DNA of 33,779 bases from Rhodospirillales bacterium (GTDB lineage Bacteria > Pseudomonadota > Alphaproteobacteria > Acetobacterales > Acetobacteraceae), in the NCBI GenBank assembly GCA_028870815.1, contig JAGWOU010000001.1:1-33779 (forward strand), given 5' to 3'. This document shows, one piece after another, positions 1 to 7,556 of this stretch; the first letter of the stretch is position 1; each line of letters starts with the position of its first letter. The notes below the pieces were generated by a model that saw nothing but the letters and a program-made list of their open reading frames with translations, was not told where the DNA came from and did not search any database. Position numbers and translations under genes: made by a program.

Positions 1-712
1 CCATGCTGTTCATGATGGCATCACCAAAGGCATCCGCCTCGGGCACGTCTTCCTGGTAGCGCACCGGAAAGCCGCCGCCGAGATTGAGCATCCGCATCGG
101 CAGCCCAGCCGCCTTCAGGTCGGTGAACAGCATCGCCACTTCCGCGATCGCCAGCTCATAAGCCAGCGTGCCGGTCTGCTGCGAGCCGACATGAAAGGAG
201 AGCCCGTGCGGCACCAGCCCCAGGGCCGGGGCGGCCAGCATCAGCTCCTTGGCCTTTTCCAGCGTGGTGCCGAATTTTTTGGAAAGCGGCCATTCCGCGC
301 CAACATTGTTCACGGCAATGCGGCAATAGATTTTCGCACCCGGCGCATGGGCAGCGATTTTTTCCAGTTCCTCAGCCGAATCAAAGGCGTAAAGCGGTAC
401 GCCATGGGCGTGGGCGCGCGCGATGGCCGAGGGTTTCTTGACCGTGTTGCCGAAGGAAATGGCCTCAGGTGCCGCGCCGGCCTCAAGGCAGGCCTCGATC
501 TCGGGCAGGGAGGCGGCGTCGAAACACGACCCGGCCTTGGCCAGCAGCCGCAGGATTTGCGGGGCGGGGTTGGCCTTTACCGCGTAATAGATGGCGGCTT
601 CGGGCAGGGCGGAACGCAGCTGGGCGAAATTCTCCGCCACCCGGTCAAGGTCCAGCACCAGGCAAGGCGTCGCGGGGTGCGACGCCAGAAAAGAAGCGAT
701 TTTGGGAGTCAT
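1..712 (-). CDS. Type III PLP-dependent ornithine/lysine decarboxylase (3' end runs off the window)
   Basis: Manual translation from ATG at 712: MTPKIASFLASHPATPCLVLDLDRV...YYAVKANP (PLP Lys)...FDAAS...WPLSKKFG...SFHVGSQ...LNLGGGFP. These are hallmark Orn/DAP/Arg decarboxylase motifs. Not in the ORF track because the stop lies outside the window. Confidence 0.92.
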   Translation of the reverse strand, partial: MTPKIASFLASHPATPCLVLDLDRVAENFAQLRSALPEAAIYYAVKANPAPQILRLLAKAGSCFDAASLPEIEACLEAGAAPEAISFGNTVKKPSAIARAHAHGVPLYAFDSAEELEKIAAHAPGAKIYCRIAVNNVGAEWPLSKKFGTTLEKAKELMLAAPALGLVPHGLSFHVGSQQTGTLAYELAIAEVAMLFTDLKAAGLPMRMLNLGGGFPVRYQEDVPEADAFGDAIMNSM

Positions 713-719
713 CGCCCTC

Positions 720-876
720 ATCCTTTCTCTCATTTGCCCGCCTGTTCACGCGGCGGGCAAGGTTATCGAAACGGTCCAACGAACCAGCCGACTTCCAGGT
801 TTCCCCAGTCGTGCTGCCAGAACGCTTGACGCCGTTGCGTAACCGGAGACCGGCAGAGGCACGTACGTTGCTGCGT
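720..876 (-). ncRNA. Structured 5' leader of the decarboxylase, speF-motif-like cis-regulatory RNA candidate
   Basis: About 165 nt leader. It has a stem 785-793/807-816 with a GG-GAAA-CC tetraloop, a perfect 9-bp stem TTGCCCGCC (734-742)/GGCGGGCAA (752-760) just before the RBS, and CGUGCCUCU near the 5' end (863-855). Its position upstream of an ornithine decarboxylase in an alphaproteobacterium matches the known speF motif context. Confidence 0.55.
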
Positions 877-882
877 GATGCG

Positions 883-911
883 CACATACGGCCAAGGGGG
901 GCGGGGCGCAA
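883..911 (-). promoter_or_regulatory. Putative sigma70 promoter for the decarboxylase
   Basis: Minus strand TTGCGC (911-906)-N17-TATGTG (888-883). Confidence 0.4.
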
Positions 912-952
912 GGGTAAAATGGCGTGGCGGGAATGTTACGGCGGCGGCCGAA

Positions 953-1007
953 TTGTCACGTATTGCAACCTATACTGCCCAAAGCCCAGGCGCGGCGCTA
1001 TTGTAAC
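953..1007 (+). promoter_or_regulatory. Possible OmpR-family direct-repeat binding sites
   Basis: TTGTCAC (953-959), TTGCAAC (963-969, 10-bp period) and TTGTAAC (1001-1007) upstream of the response regulator. Confidence 0.3.
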
Positions 1008-1011
1008 AGGC

Positions 1012-1731
1012 ATGGAGACTCTGCCGCATATACTGGTTGTTGATGACGACCGCGAGATTCGTGAACTGCTGGCCAAGTTCCTGGAACGCCAGCGTTTGCG
1101 CGTGACCACTGCCCGCGATGCGAAGGAGGCGCGCCGCGCCTTCCTGAACGGGCATTACCAGCTTGTGGTGCTGGACCTGATGCTGCCCGGCGAAGGCGGG
1201 CTGGAGCTGGCGCGCTGGTTCCGCGCCGAGACCAATGTGCCGATTATCATGCTGACCGCCATGGCCGATGAGACGGACCGGATCATCGGGCTGGAACTGG
1301 GGGCGGATGACTACGTTACCAAGCCTTTCAACCCCAGGGAGCTGCTGGCGCGCATCCGCGCCGTGCTGCGCCGCACCGCCGAGGCGGAGGACCGTGTTTC
1401 CGACCAGACCGCCAAGGTTTACCAATTCGCTGGCTGGATGCTGGAAACCGCCCGCCGCCGCCTGCTGGACCCGAGCGGGGTGGAGGTTTCCATCACCGGC
1501 GGCGAATATGACCTGCTGGTGGCATTGCTGGACCGGCCGAACCGCGTGCTGACGCGCGACATGCTGCTGGACCTGTTGCGCGGCCGCCAGGCCGGGCCGT
1601 TCGACCGCGCGATCGACGTGGCGGTATCCCGCTTGCGCCGCAAGTTGGAGGATGACGGGCGCAACGCCCAGCTTATCAAAACCGTTCGTGGCGGTGGCTA
1701 CGTGCTTTCCACCCCCGTCGAACGGCTTTGA
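1012..1731 (+). CDS. OmpR/PhoB-family response regulator
   Basis: METLPHILVVDDD...VLDLMLP (phospho-Asp)...GADDYVTKPF, with winged-helix DRAIDVAVSRLRRKLE...IKTVRGGGY. The real start is ATG 1012, not the 469 of the ORF track. Confidence 0.95.
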   Translation: METLPHILVVDDDREIRELLAKFLERQRLRVTTARDAKEARRAFLNGHYQLVVLDLMLPGEGGLELARWFRAETNVPIIMLTAMADETDRIIGLELGADDYVTKPFNPRELLARIRAVLRRTAEAEDRVSDQTAKVYQFAGWMLETARRRLLDPSGVEVSITGGEYDLLVALLDRPNRVLTRDMLLDLLRGRQAGPFDRAIDVAVSRLRRKLEDDGRNAQLIKTVRGGGYVLSTPVERL

Positions 1732-3161
1732 ACTTCTGCCTGCTGCCGCGGAGCCTTGCCCGCCGGACTATTTTGTTTCTGTTGGTGGGTTTCGCGTTCA
1801 TCCAATTGCTTGGGCTGCTGGTGCATACCGTCAACCAGATCAAGCTGGAGCGGTTGGTGGATGAGCAGGAATTCGCCACCCGCGCTGCGATTATCTATCG
1901 GCATATCGCGCTTGCCCAGCCGGGTGACAGGGCGATGGTGGCGGCGCGGGAGCCGGTTCCGAAGGGCGATACCGTTAGCCTGACGTTAAGCCCACCGCTG
2001 GCCGGCACAATACGCATGCCTTTGCCGATGGCCGAGGCCGTGCGGGCCGGGATTTTCACCTATGGCATTCCACCGGAAATCCGCCCGCGGGGCATTGTCA
2101 TGCGGGTGGCGGCGCGCCCTCTCCGGCTCGTGGTCAGCTTTGGTTTGCCGGATGGGTTGATTCTCCCTCTGCCCTTTGGCGACGGGCCAACGCCGGATGG
2201 CAACCCGCCGGATATGATGCTGCCATCGCCGGAGCAATTATTACCACCTTTAATGTGGCTGACGGTAACCACCGAGCTGCGCCCGCCCGCGCCCTGGCGC
2301 TCACCGGGGTTTGCCACCGCCTTTATCGTGATGCTGGTGCTGGGCGGAATTGTCATCACCCTGGCGGTGCGGCAGTTGCTGGTGCCGGTGAAAACGCTTG
2401 CGGCCGCGGCGGAATTGTTCGGCCGTGATGTGGTGAACGCCAAGCCGCTGCCCGAGGAAGGGCCGAGCGAGATCGTCACCGCCGCGCGCGCCTTCAACAC
2501 CATGGCGGCGCGTATCCGCCGGTTCGTGGAGGACCGCACCTTTTTGCTGACCGCCATCGGGCATGATCTGCGCACGCCGATCACGCGGCTGAAGCTGCGC
2601 GCGGAATATATGGAGGATGACGAGCAGCGCGCGAAAATGCTGGCGGATTTGGACGAGATGGAAGCCATGGTGGCCGCCACGCTCGCCTTCGGAAAGGATG
2701 TCACCACCACCGAGCCGTTGGCGCGGATCGACCTGGCCAGCCTGTTGCGCACCATTCTGGACGAGACCGCCGATATCGACCCTGATTGCGCCACCGCGGT
2801 GGATTACCAGGGCCCGGAGCACATGCCGGTGAGTGCACGGCCGCTGGCGCTGAAACGCGCGCTGAGCAATCTGATCGGCAATGCGGTGAAATATGGCGAT
2901 GCCGCGCGGGTGATTCTGCATGCGCCGGTAAAGGGCGTGGTACGGATCGATATCGAGGATGACGGCCCCGGCATTCCGCCCGAGGAGATGGAGCGCGTGT
3001 TCGAGCCGTTCCGGCGGCTGGAAACCAGCCGCAACCGCGAAACCGGCGGCTCGGGTCTGGGGCTTTCCATCGCCCGCAATATTGTGCGCGCCCATGGCGG
3101 GGATATTTCGCTGGCCAATGAGGAAAAAGGCTTGCGCGTGACGGTGACGCTGCCGGTTTAG
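1728..3161 (+). CDS. EnvZ-like sensor histidine kinase (2 TM, HAMP, HisKA, HATPase)
   Basis: H-box AIGHDLRTPITRL, N-box NLIGNAVKY, G1 DDGPGI, G2 GGSGLGL. TTG start overlaps the regulator stop (TTGA). Confidence 0.95.
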   Translation: MNFCLLPRSLARRTILFLLVGFAFIQLLGLLVHTVNQIKLERLVDEQEFATRAAIIYRHIALAQPGDRAMVAAREPVPKGDTVSLTLSPPLAGTIRMPLPMAEAVRAGIFTYGIPPEIRPRGIVMRVAARPLRLVVSFGLPDGLILPLPFGDGPTPDGNPPDMMLPSPEQLLPPLMWLTVTTELRPPAPWRSPGFATAFIVMLVLGGIVITLAVRQLLVPVKTLAAAAELFGRDVVNAKPLPEEGPSEIVTAARAFNTMAARIRRFVEDRTFLLTAIGHDLRTPITRLKLRAEYMEDDEQRAKMLADLDEMEAMVAATLAFGKDVTTTEPLARIDLASLLRTILDETADIDPDCATAVDYQGPEHMPVSARPLALKRALSNLIGNAVKYGDAARVILHAPVKGVVRIDIEDDGPGIPPEEMERVFEPFRRLETSRNRETGGSGLGLSIARNIVRAHGGDISLANEEKGLRVTVTLPV

Positions 3162-3164
3162 GCG

Positions 3165-4667
3165 CTATGCCAGGGGTTTGGCGTCCCGGAATTCCTTCCA
3201 GGCGGCGGCGATGGCGCGGGGGTTGCCCAGCCTGGCATGAGCGGCCCAACCCGTAACGATGCCCAAAGCGCGGGTCGCCTCCGGCGAATCAGCGCGCAGG
3301 CACGCCGCCAGAGCCTCGGCGGTTGCCATGTCGTTGAGCTTGCCAAGTTCATCCTGCAAGACGGAAGCGGCGTGGTTGAACGCCCGCACGCGGGGCCGGG
3401 ATTCCAGCAGCCCCCCGAAAAACTCGGCCGCGTAGCGCAGCTTTTTCAGATCGATGCGCGCTTGATGGCGGTCTGGCGCGGGAAGGCTGGCAAGGTGTTT
3501 GCCCTGCTTGCGCAGCTTTCGGTACAACCGGGCGAGCGACCGGGCGCCGAATGTTTTGGCTGGCTCCGCGAGGCTCGGCAGCGTTTCCGCCGGCAGTGCG
3601 CTACGCCAGCCGCGCCGCGCGACGATGGCCTGCGCCGTTAGCAGAAACCGCGTGGTGGCGGGGTCTTCCAGCAAAGCCCGCACCTTTGCGTAGCCCGCTT
3701 GGCGGTGGGCGGCGCATTGCGCCTCCAGCGCCGCGAAGCCTGCTTCATCCGGGAAGGCGGCGGCGGGGCCGTCGCGCAGCATGGCGATGAAAACATCCCA
3801 GTTCCGGGCTTCACCCATGCTGGCCGCGATCCGCTTGGCCTCCTTGCGCAGGGTGAGAAATTCAGGCGCGGGCAGGGTCCGGCTGAACAGCCCCAATGCC
3901 GAACGCAAGCGGCGCATGGCAACGCGCATCTGGTGCACCGCGCCCACCTCGTCGCCTTCGTAAAACACCGGCCAATTGGTGATGAATTGTTCCAGGCAGG
4001 CGCGCATGATGTCTGCCACGGCATCGTCCAGGCAAGGCTCGCCCTCCAATCCCTGGCCGGCCTTGTGCACGGAAGGCGGCGGCCCGCCAGCCTGCCGCAC
4101 GGCGCGTGGGCCAAGCGGTTCCGGTTGCAGGCGCAACGTGGGCCCCGCTGCTAATGCCAGGGCGCTTTCCGGCAGGCTGGGGGTGGGGCCGGAAATCTCC
4201 ATCTCGCTGAACGGAATTTTTTGGTCCCGCGCGATGATGGAGCCGGTTTCGAAGACAAGCCGGATCTCACCAAGCTCCCTTGTGGTTTGTTTAAAGCTGG
4301 CGCTGGCGGTTTCGCGAAGCGGCGTGTTGGTTAGCGCCGCCGTCAGGGTTGCCTGCCATTCCGGCCCAAACGCGGTGAGATCAGGCACGGGTAACGCGGT
4401 TGTGGCCTCCAGCGTCTCCCCTTTGCACAGAAGCTCCAGCCGCAAGTTGCGCCCGGCTTTGCGCAGAGACAGCGTGATGCCCTTGCGGGCAAGTGCAAAA
4501 TCCTCGGTGTCGAAAAACCTTTCCTGGATGCGGCGGCTTACGCCGGGTGCGCCTAGCGCGGGGTTGCTTGTCAGCGCAATAAACCTGGTTTCATCCAGGC
4601 TGAAACGCAAGGATGATCTGGCCGGGCCTTCGATTGCCTCTGGCGTGGCGGTCGCGGAAGCGTCCAT
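3165..4667 (-). CDS. CYTH-like + CHAD domain protein
   Basis: CHAD motifs VHQMRVAMRRLRS, ARNWDVF, HQARIDLKKLRYAAEFF and LQDELGKLND. N-terminal FFDTEDFALARKGITLSLR resembles CYTH. Confidence 0.88.
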   Translation of the reverse strand: MDASATATPEAIEGPARSSLRFSLDETRFIALTSNPALGAPGVSRRIQERFFDTEDFALARKGITLSLRKAGRNLRLELLCKGETLEATTALPVPDLTAFGPEWQATLTAALTNTPLRETASASFKQTTRELGEIRLVFETGSIIARDQKIPFSEMEISGPTPSLPESALALAAGPTLRLQPEPLGPRAVRQAGGPPPSVHKAGQGLEGEPCLDDAVADIMRACLEQFITNWPVFYEGDEVGAVHQMRVAMRRLRSALGLFSRTLPAPEFLTLRKEAKRIAASMGEARNWDVFIAMLRDGPAAAFPDEAGFAALEAQCAAHRQAGYAKVRALLEDPATTRFLLTAQAIVARRGWRSALPAETLPSLAEPAKTFGARSLARLYRKLRKQGKHLASLPAPDRHQARIDLKKLRYAAEFFGGLLESRPRVRAFNHAASVLQDELGKLNDMATAEALAACLRADSPEATRALGIVTGWAAHARLGNPRAIAAAWKEFRDAKPLA

Positions 4668-4720
4668 GCGCGCAGGCTAAACGCCTGGCCTATATCTGTC
4701 GAGTTGCCCTTCCTGGCGTC

Positions 4721-5254
4721 TCAGGCCAGGGCGTATTCCGCTTCCGGCGTATAGGTCGGCTGGTCCTTGCCCAGAAAGGAGCTGAACAGCGTCACATTAT
4801 CGGCGCGGATGGGTACCGAGCGGTAGAGGTTGTTCGCCTGCACGAAACTGGTCAGCGCCGGGGTCACGGGCTGGTCCATCCTCGCCAGCGTTACGTGCGG
4901 GGTAAAGCGCCGTTTATCGGGCGCCAGCCCCACGCGGTGCAGCGCTGTGCCCACCTTGGCCTGCAAGCGGGCCAGATCCTCGTTGCGTTCCACCCCGGCA
5001 TAAAGCGTGTTCACCCGGCCGTTTTTCTCGAACCAGCCAAGCCCGGAGAGAGAGAAGAAGAAGCCGCGCCCGCGCAGGCTGGCAAGCGCCAGATCGATCT
5101 CCTCGGCTTCCAGCCGGTTAGCCTCGCCGATGAAGCGCAAAGTGAGGTGAAAATTATCCTCAGGCACCCAGCGCGCACCCGGCAGATTGCAGGAAAGCTC
5201 GCTGAGTTGTTCCTTGACTTCCCAGGGGAGGTCCAGTGCCACGAACAGGCGCAT
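4721..5254 (-). CDS. thpR: RNA 2',3'-cyclic phosphodiesterase (2H phosphoesterase)
   Basis: MRLFVAL start, two HxT motifs (FHLTLRFIG, PHVTLAR), AAAGGA RBS upstream of ATG 5254. Confidence 0.92.
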   Translation of the reverse strand: MRLFVALDLPWEVKEQLSELSCNLPGARWVPEDNFHLTLRFIGEANRLEAEEIDLALASLRGRGFFFSLSGLGWFEKNGRVNTLYAGVERNEDLARLQAKVGTALHRVGLAPDKRRFTPHVTLARMDQPVTPALTSFVQANNLYRSVPIRADNVTLFSSFLGKDQPTYTPEAEYALA

Positions 5255-5328
5255 GGCTTGTCCTTTCTTCAAAGTTTCAGCGAATCCGCAAAGAAATTTT
5301 GCCTGATCCGCGAAGGACGGGTCAATGA

Positions 5329-7095
5329 TTATATGGGTACGGTGGCCGCCTTCAGCCAGGAGTGTGCTGTATCAGAGAGATGCGGCGACAATGCGGCGCA
5401 CACTTCTGCGTGATAATCGTTCAGCCAGTCCAGCGACTCGCGTGGCAGCAAGGCGGGGTCGATTAGCGCACGGTCGAACGGCGCCAGGGTCAAGGTATCG
5501 AAGCGCAGGAAAGGTTTGCGCGCGCCCTCGAACGGGGCTTTCTGCACCAGCACCAGGTTTTCCATGCGGATGCCATAGGCGCCCGGCAGGTAATAGCCCG
5601 GCTCGTCGGAGAGGATCATTCCCTCCGCCAGCGGTACCGGTTTGGCGGCGCGGGAGATGCCCACTGGGCCTTCATGCACGGAAAGATACGCGCCGACGCC
5701 ATGGCCGGTGCCATGGTCGTAATCCAGCCCCGCGCGCCACAGCTCGGCCCTGGCGAACGCGTCCAGATGCGCGCCGGCCACGCCTTCGGGAAACACCGCG
5801 CGGGCGAGCGCGATCGTGCCTGCCAGCACCCGCGTTACATGCGCTTTCACCTCTGCCGGGGCTGGGCCAGGGCCGGTCCAGATGGTGCGGGTGATGTCGG
5901 TGGTGCCGTCCAGATACTGGCCGCCGCTATCGATCAGATAGACCTCGTTGGGGTGGATGGGCCGGTTGCTTTCCGGCGTCACGCGGTAATGGATGATGGC
6001 GCCATTTTCCCCGGCCCCGGAAATGGCGGGAAAGCTCTCGCCTTTAAACAGCTCCTGCCGCGCCCGGCAGGCCAGCAGGGTTTCAGCGGCGGACATCTCG
6101 GTTTGCCCGCCTTTCGGCAGGGCTTCCGCCGCCCAGGCGAGAAACTCCGCCATCGCTACGCCGTCCCGCAGATGCGCGGCGCGGGCGCCGGCCTGCTCGG
6201 CGGCGTTCTTGCGGGCGCGGGGTAGCGCCACGGGGTCAGGTCCGTGGACGGTGAGCGCGCCGGCCTGGTGCAAAGCCGTCTCGAACCAGACGGGCTGGCT
6301 GGCGGGGTCGTAGCGCACCGTTTGCCCCTTCAGCGCCGCGATGGCGGCTGGCAGGTCCGCCGGGGCGGCGAGGCGCACCTCCGGCCCCAGATGCGCGCGC
6401 AAATCCGCCGTGATCTTCTCCGGCGCCATGAACAGAGTCGCGGTGCCATCCTTGCGTAGCAGTGTGTAGCCCAGCGCGAAGGGGCAGAATTCCAGATCTG
6501 TGCCGCGTATGTTGAAGGCCCAGGCCAGTGAGGCGCCATCGCTGAGGATCGCGGCATCCTGCCCGGCTTCGGCCAGAATGGCGCCGAGGCGCTGGCGCTT
6601 TGCGGATGAAGCCTCGCCCGCATGGTGTTCCGGATAGGCCAGGGCCGGCTCAAGCGGCGGGGCCGGGCGGTCAGTCCAGATTGCGTCGATGAGGTTGGGG
6701 GAGACCGGCACCATCTCCACCCCGGTGAACCGTGCCAGGGCATCCGCACTGATGGTCCAGGGGTCGAAGCCGATTTTTTGCCCCGCTGCCGCATTGCGAA
6801 GCCAGTCCTCAGGTTTGTCCTCGATCAGATGCCGCCTTTCCCATAGCGCGGCGTCGGTCTGCTGCTCAAGCTGCAAGGTGTAGCGGCCATCGGAGAACAC
6901 CGCCGCGCGGCCCGCCAGCACGATGGCCAGCCCCGCCGAGCCGGTGAAACCGCTGATCCAGGCCAGCCGCTCCGCGCAGGGCGGCACATACTCGCCCAGA
7001 TATTCATCGGCGCGGGGAATGATGTATCCGGCCAAACCTCTGGCCGCGCATTCCGCCCGCAATGCTTCCACGCGAATGTTATGATCTGATGACAT
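5329..7095 (-). CDS. Xaa-Pro aminopeptidase (M24, aminopeptidase P family)
   Basis: SGFTGSAG, DGRY, DSGGQYLDGTTDITRT, HGTGHGVG..LSVHEGP, EPGYY, GIRMEN. Confidence 0.95.
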   Translation of the reverse strand: MSSDHNIRVEALRAECAARGLAGYIIPRADEYLGEYVPPCAERLAWISGFTGSAGLAIVLAGRAAVFSDGRYTLQLEQQTDAALWERRHLIEDKPEDWLRNAAAGQKIGFDPWTISADALARFTGVEMVPVSPNLIDAIWTDRPAPPLEPALAYPEHHAGEASSAKRQRLGAILAEAGQDAAILSDGASLAWAFNIRGTDLEFCPFALGYTLLRKDGTATLFMAPEKITADLRAHLGPEVRLAAPADLPAAIAALKGQTVRYDPASQPVWFETALHQAGALTVHGPDPVALPRARKNAAEQAGARAAHLRDGVAMAEFLAWAAEALPKGGQTEMSAAETLLACRARQELFKGESFPAISGAGENGAIIHYRVTPESNRPIHPNEVYLIDSGGQYLDGTTDITRTIWTGPGPAPAEVKAHVTRVLAGTIALARAVFPEGVAGAHLDAFARAELWRAGLDYDHGTGHGVGAYLSVHEGPVGISRAAKPVPLAEGMILSDEPGYYLPGAYGIRMENLVLVQKAPFEGARKPFLRFDTLTLAPFDRALIDPALLPRESLDWLNDYHAEVCAALSPHLSDTAHSWLKAATVPI

Positions 7096-7266
7096 GGCTA
7101 GCCCTTAGTTATGCGCAAGACGCGGGTCAGCCCCGGCTTTCGCAGCCGCACAAAAAATCGCAAATTCGACTATATAGCTTGTGGAAAGGACGCCAAGCCG
7201 TCCTTCATCAAGGAGCGCTGCTGGTTCAACCCGAAACGGCCGCTCCACCAAAACTGTAGGTGTATC

Positions 7267-7500
7267 ATGTCGACGACTATCCATAACCGGCCCGTTCTGA
7301 GCAAGCTCGGAGCGCTTGTCGAGAAGCGCGAAATTGCCGCCGCTTCCAAGACCAGCCGCGGCGGATTGACCCGTATGTTCCAGAGCTGGAAGGCCCGCCG
7401 CGCTGCTGCCGCCGAGCTTTACGCGATGAGCGACCGCGATTTGAACGATATTGGCGTTTCCCGCGCCGAAATTCCCGCCATTCTGCGGACGGTTCGGTAA
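7267..7500 (+). CDS. DUF1127 family small protein (77 aa)
   Basis: C-terminal WKARRAAAAELYAMSDRDLNDIGVSRAEI matches the DUF1127 signature. AGGTG RBS precedes ATG 7267. Confidence 0.88.
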   Translation: MSTTIHNRPVLSKLGALVEKREIAAASKTSRGGLTRMFQSWKARRAAAAELYAMSDRDLNDIGVSRAEIPAILRTVR

Positions 7501-7520
7501 ATCCTCCAGCCTCACGGCTG

Positions 7521-7546
7521 AAAAAGGCCCCTTCGGGGGCCTTTTT
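7521..7546. terminator. Bidirectional intrinsic terminator between DUF1127 and smc
   Basis: AAAAAGGCCCC-TTCG-GGGGCCTTTTT, with A/T tracts on both sides between convergent genes. Confidence 0.92.
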
Positions 7547-7556
7547 ATTGTCCGTT

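Noticed and set aside
191-1011. Plus-strand ORF 191..829 and the N-terminal extension of ORF 469..1731
   Set aside because: Antisense to the decarboxylase and its leader. The regulator domain begins at ATG 1012.
5273-5328. Weak hairpins between aminopeptidase P and thpR
   Set aside because: Short imperfect stems without a convincing U-tract. Not enough to call a terminator or RNA.
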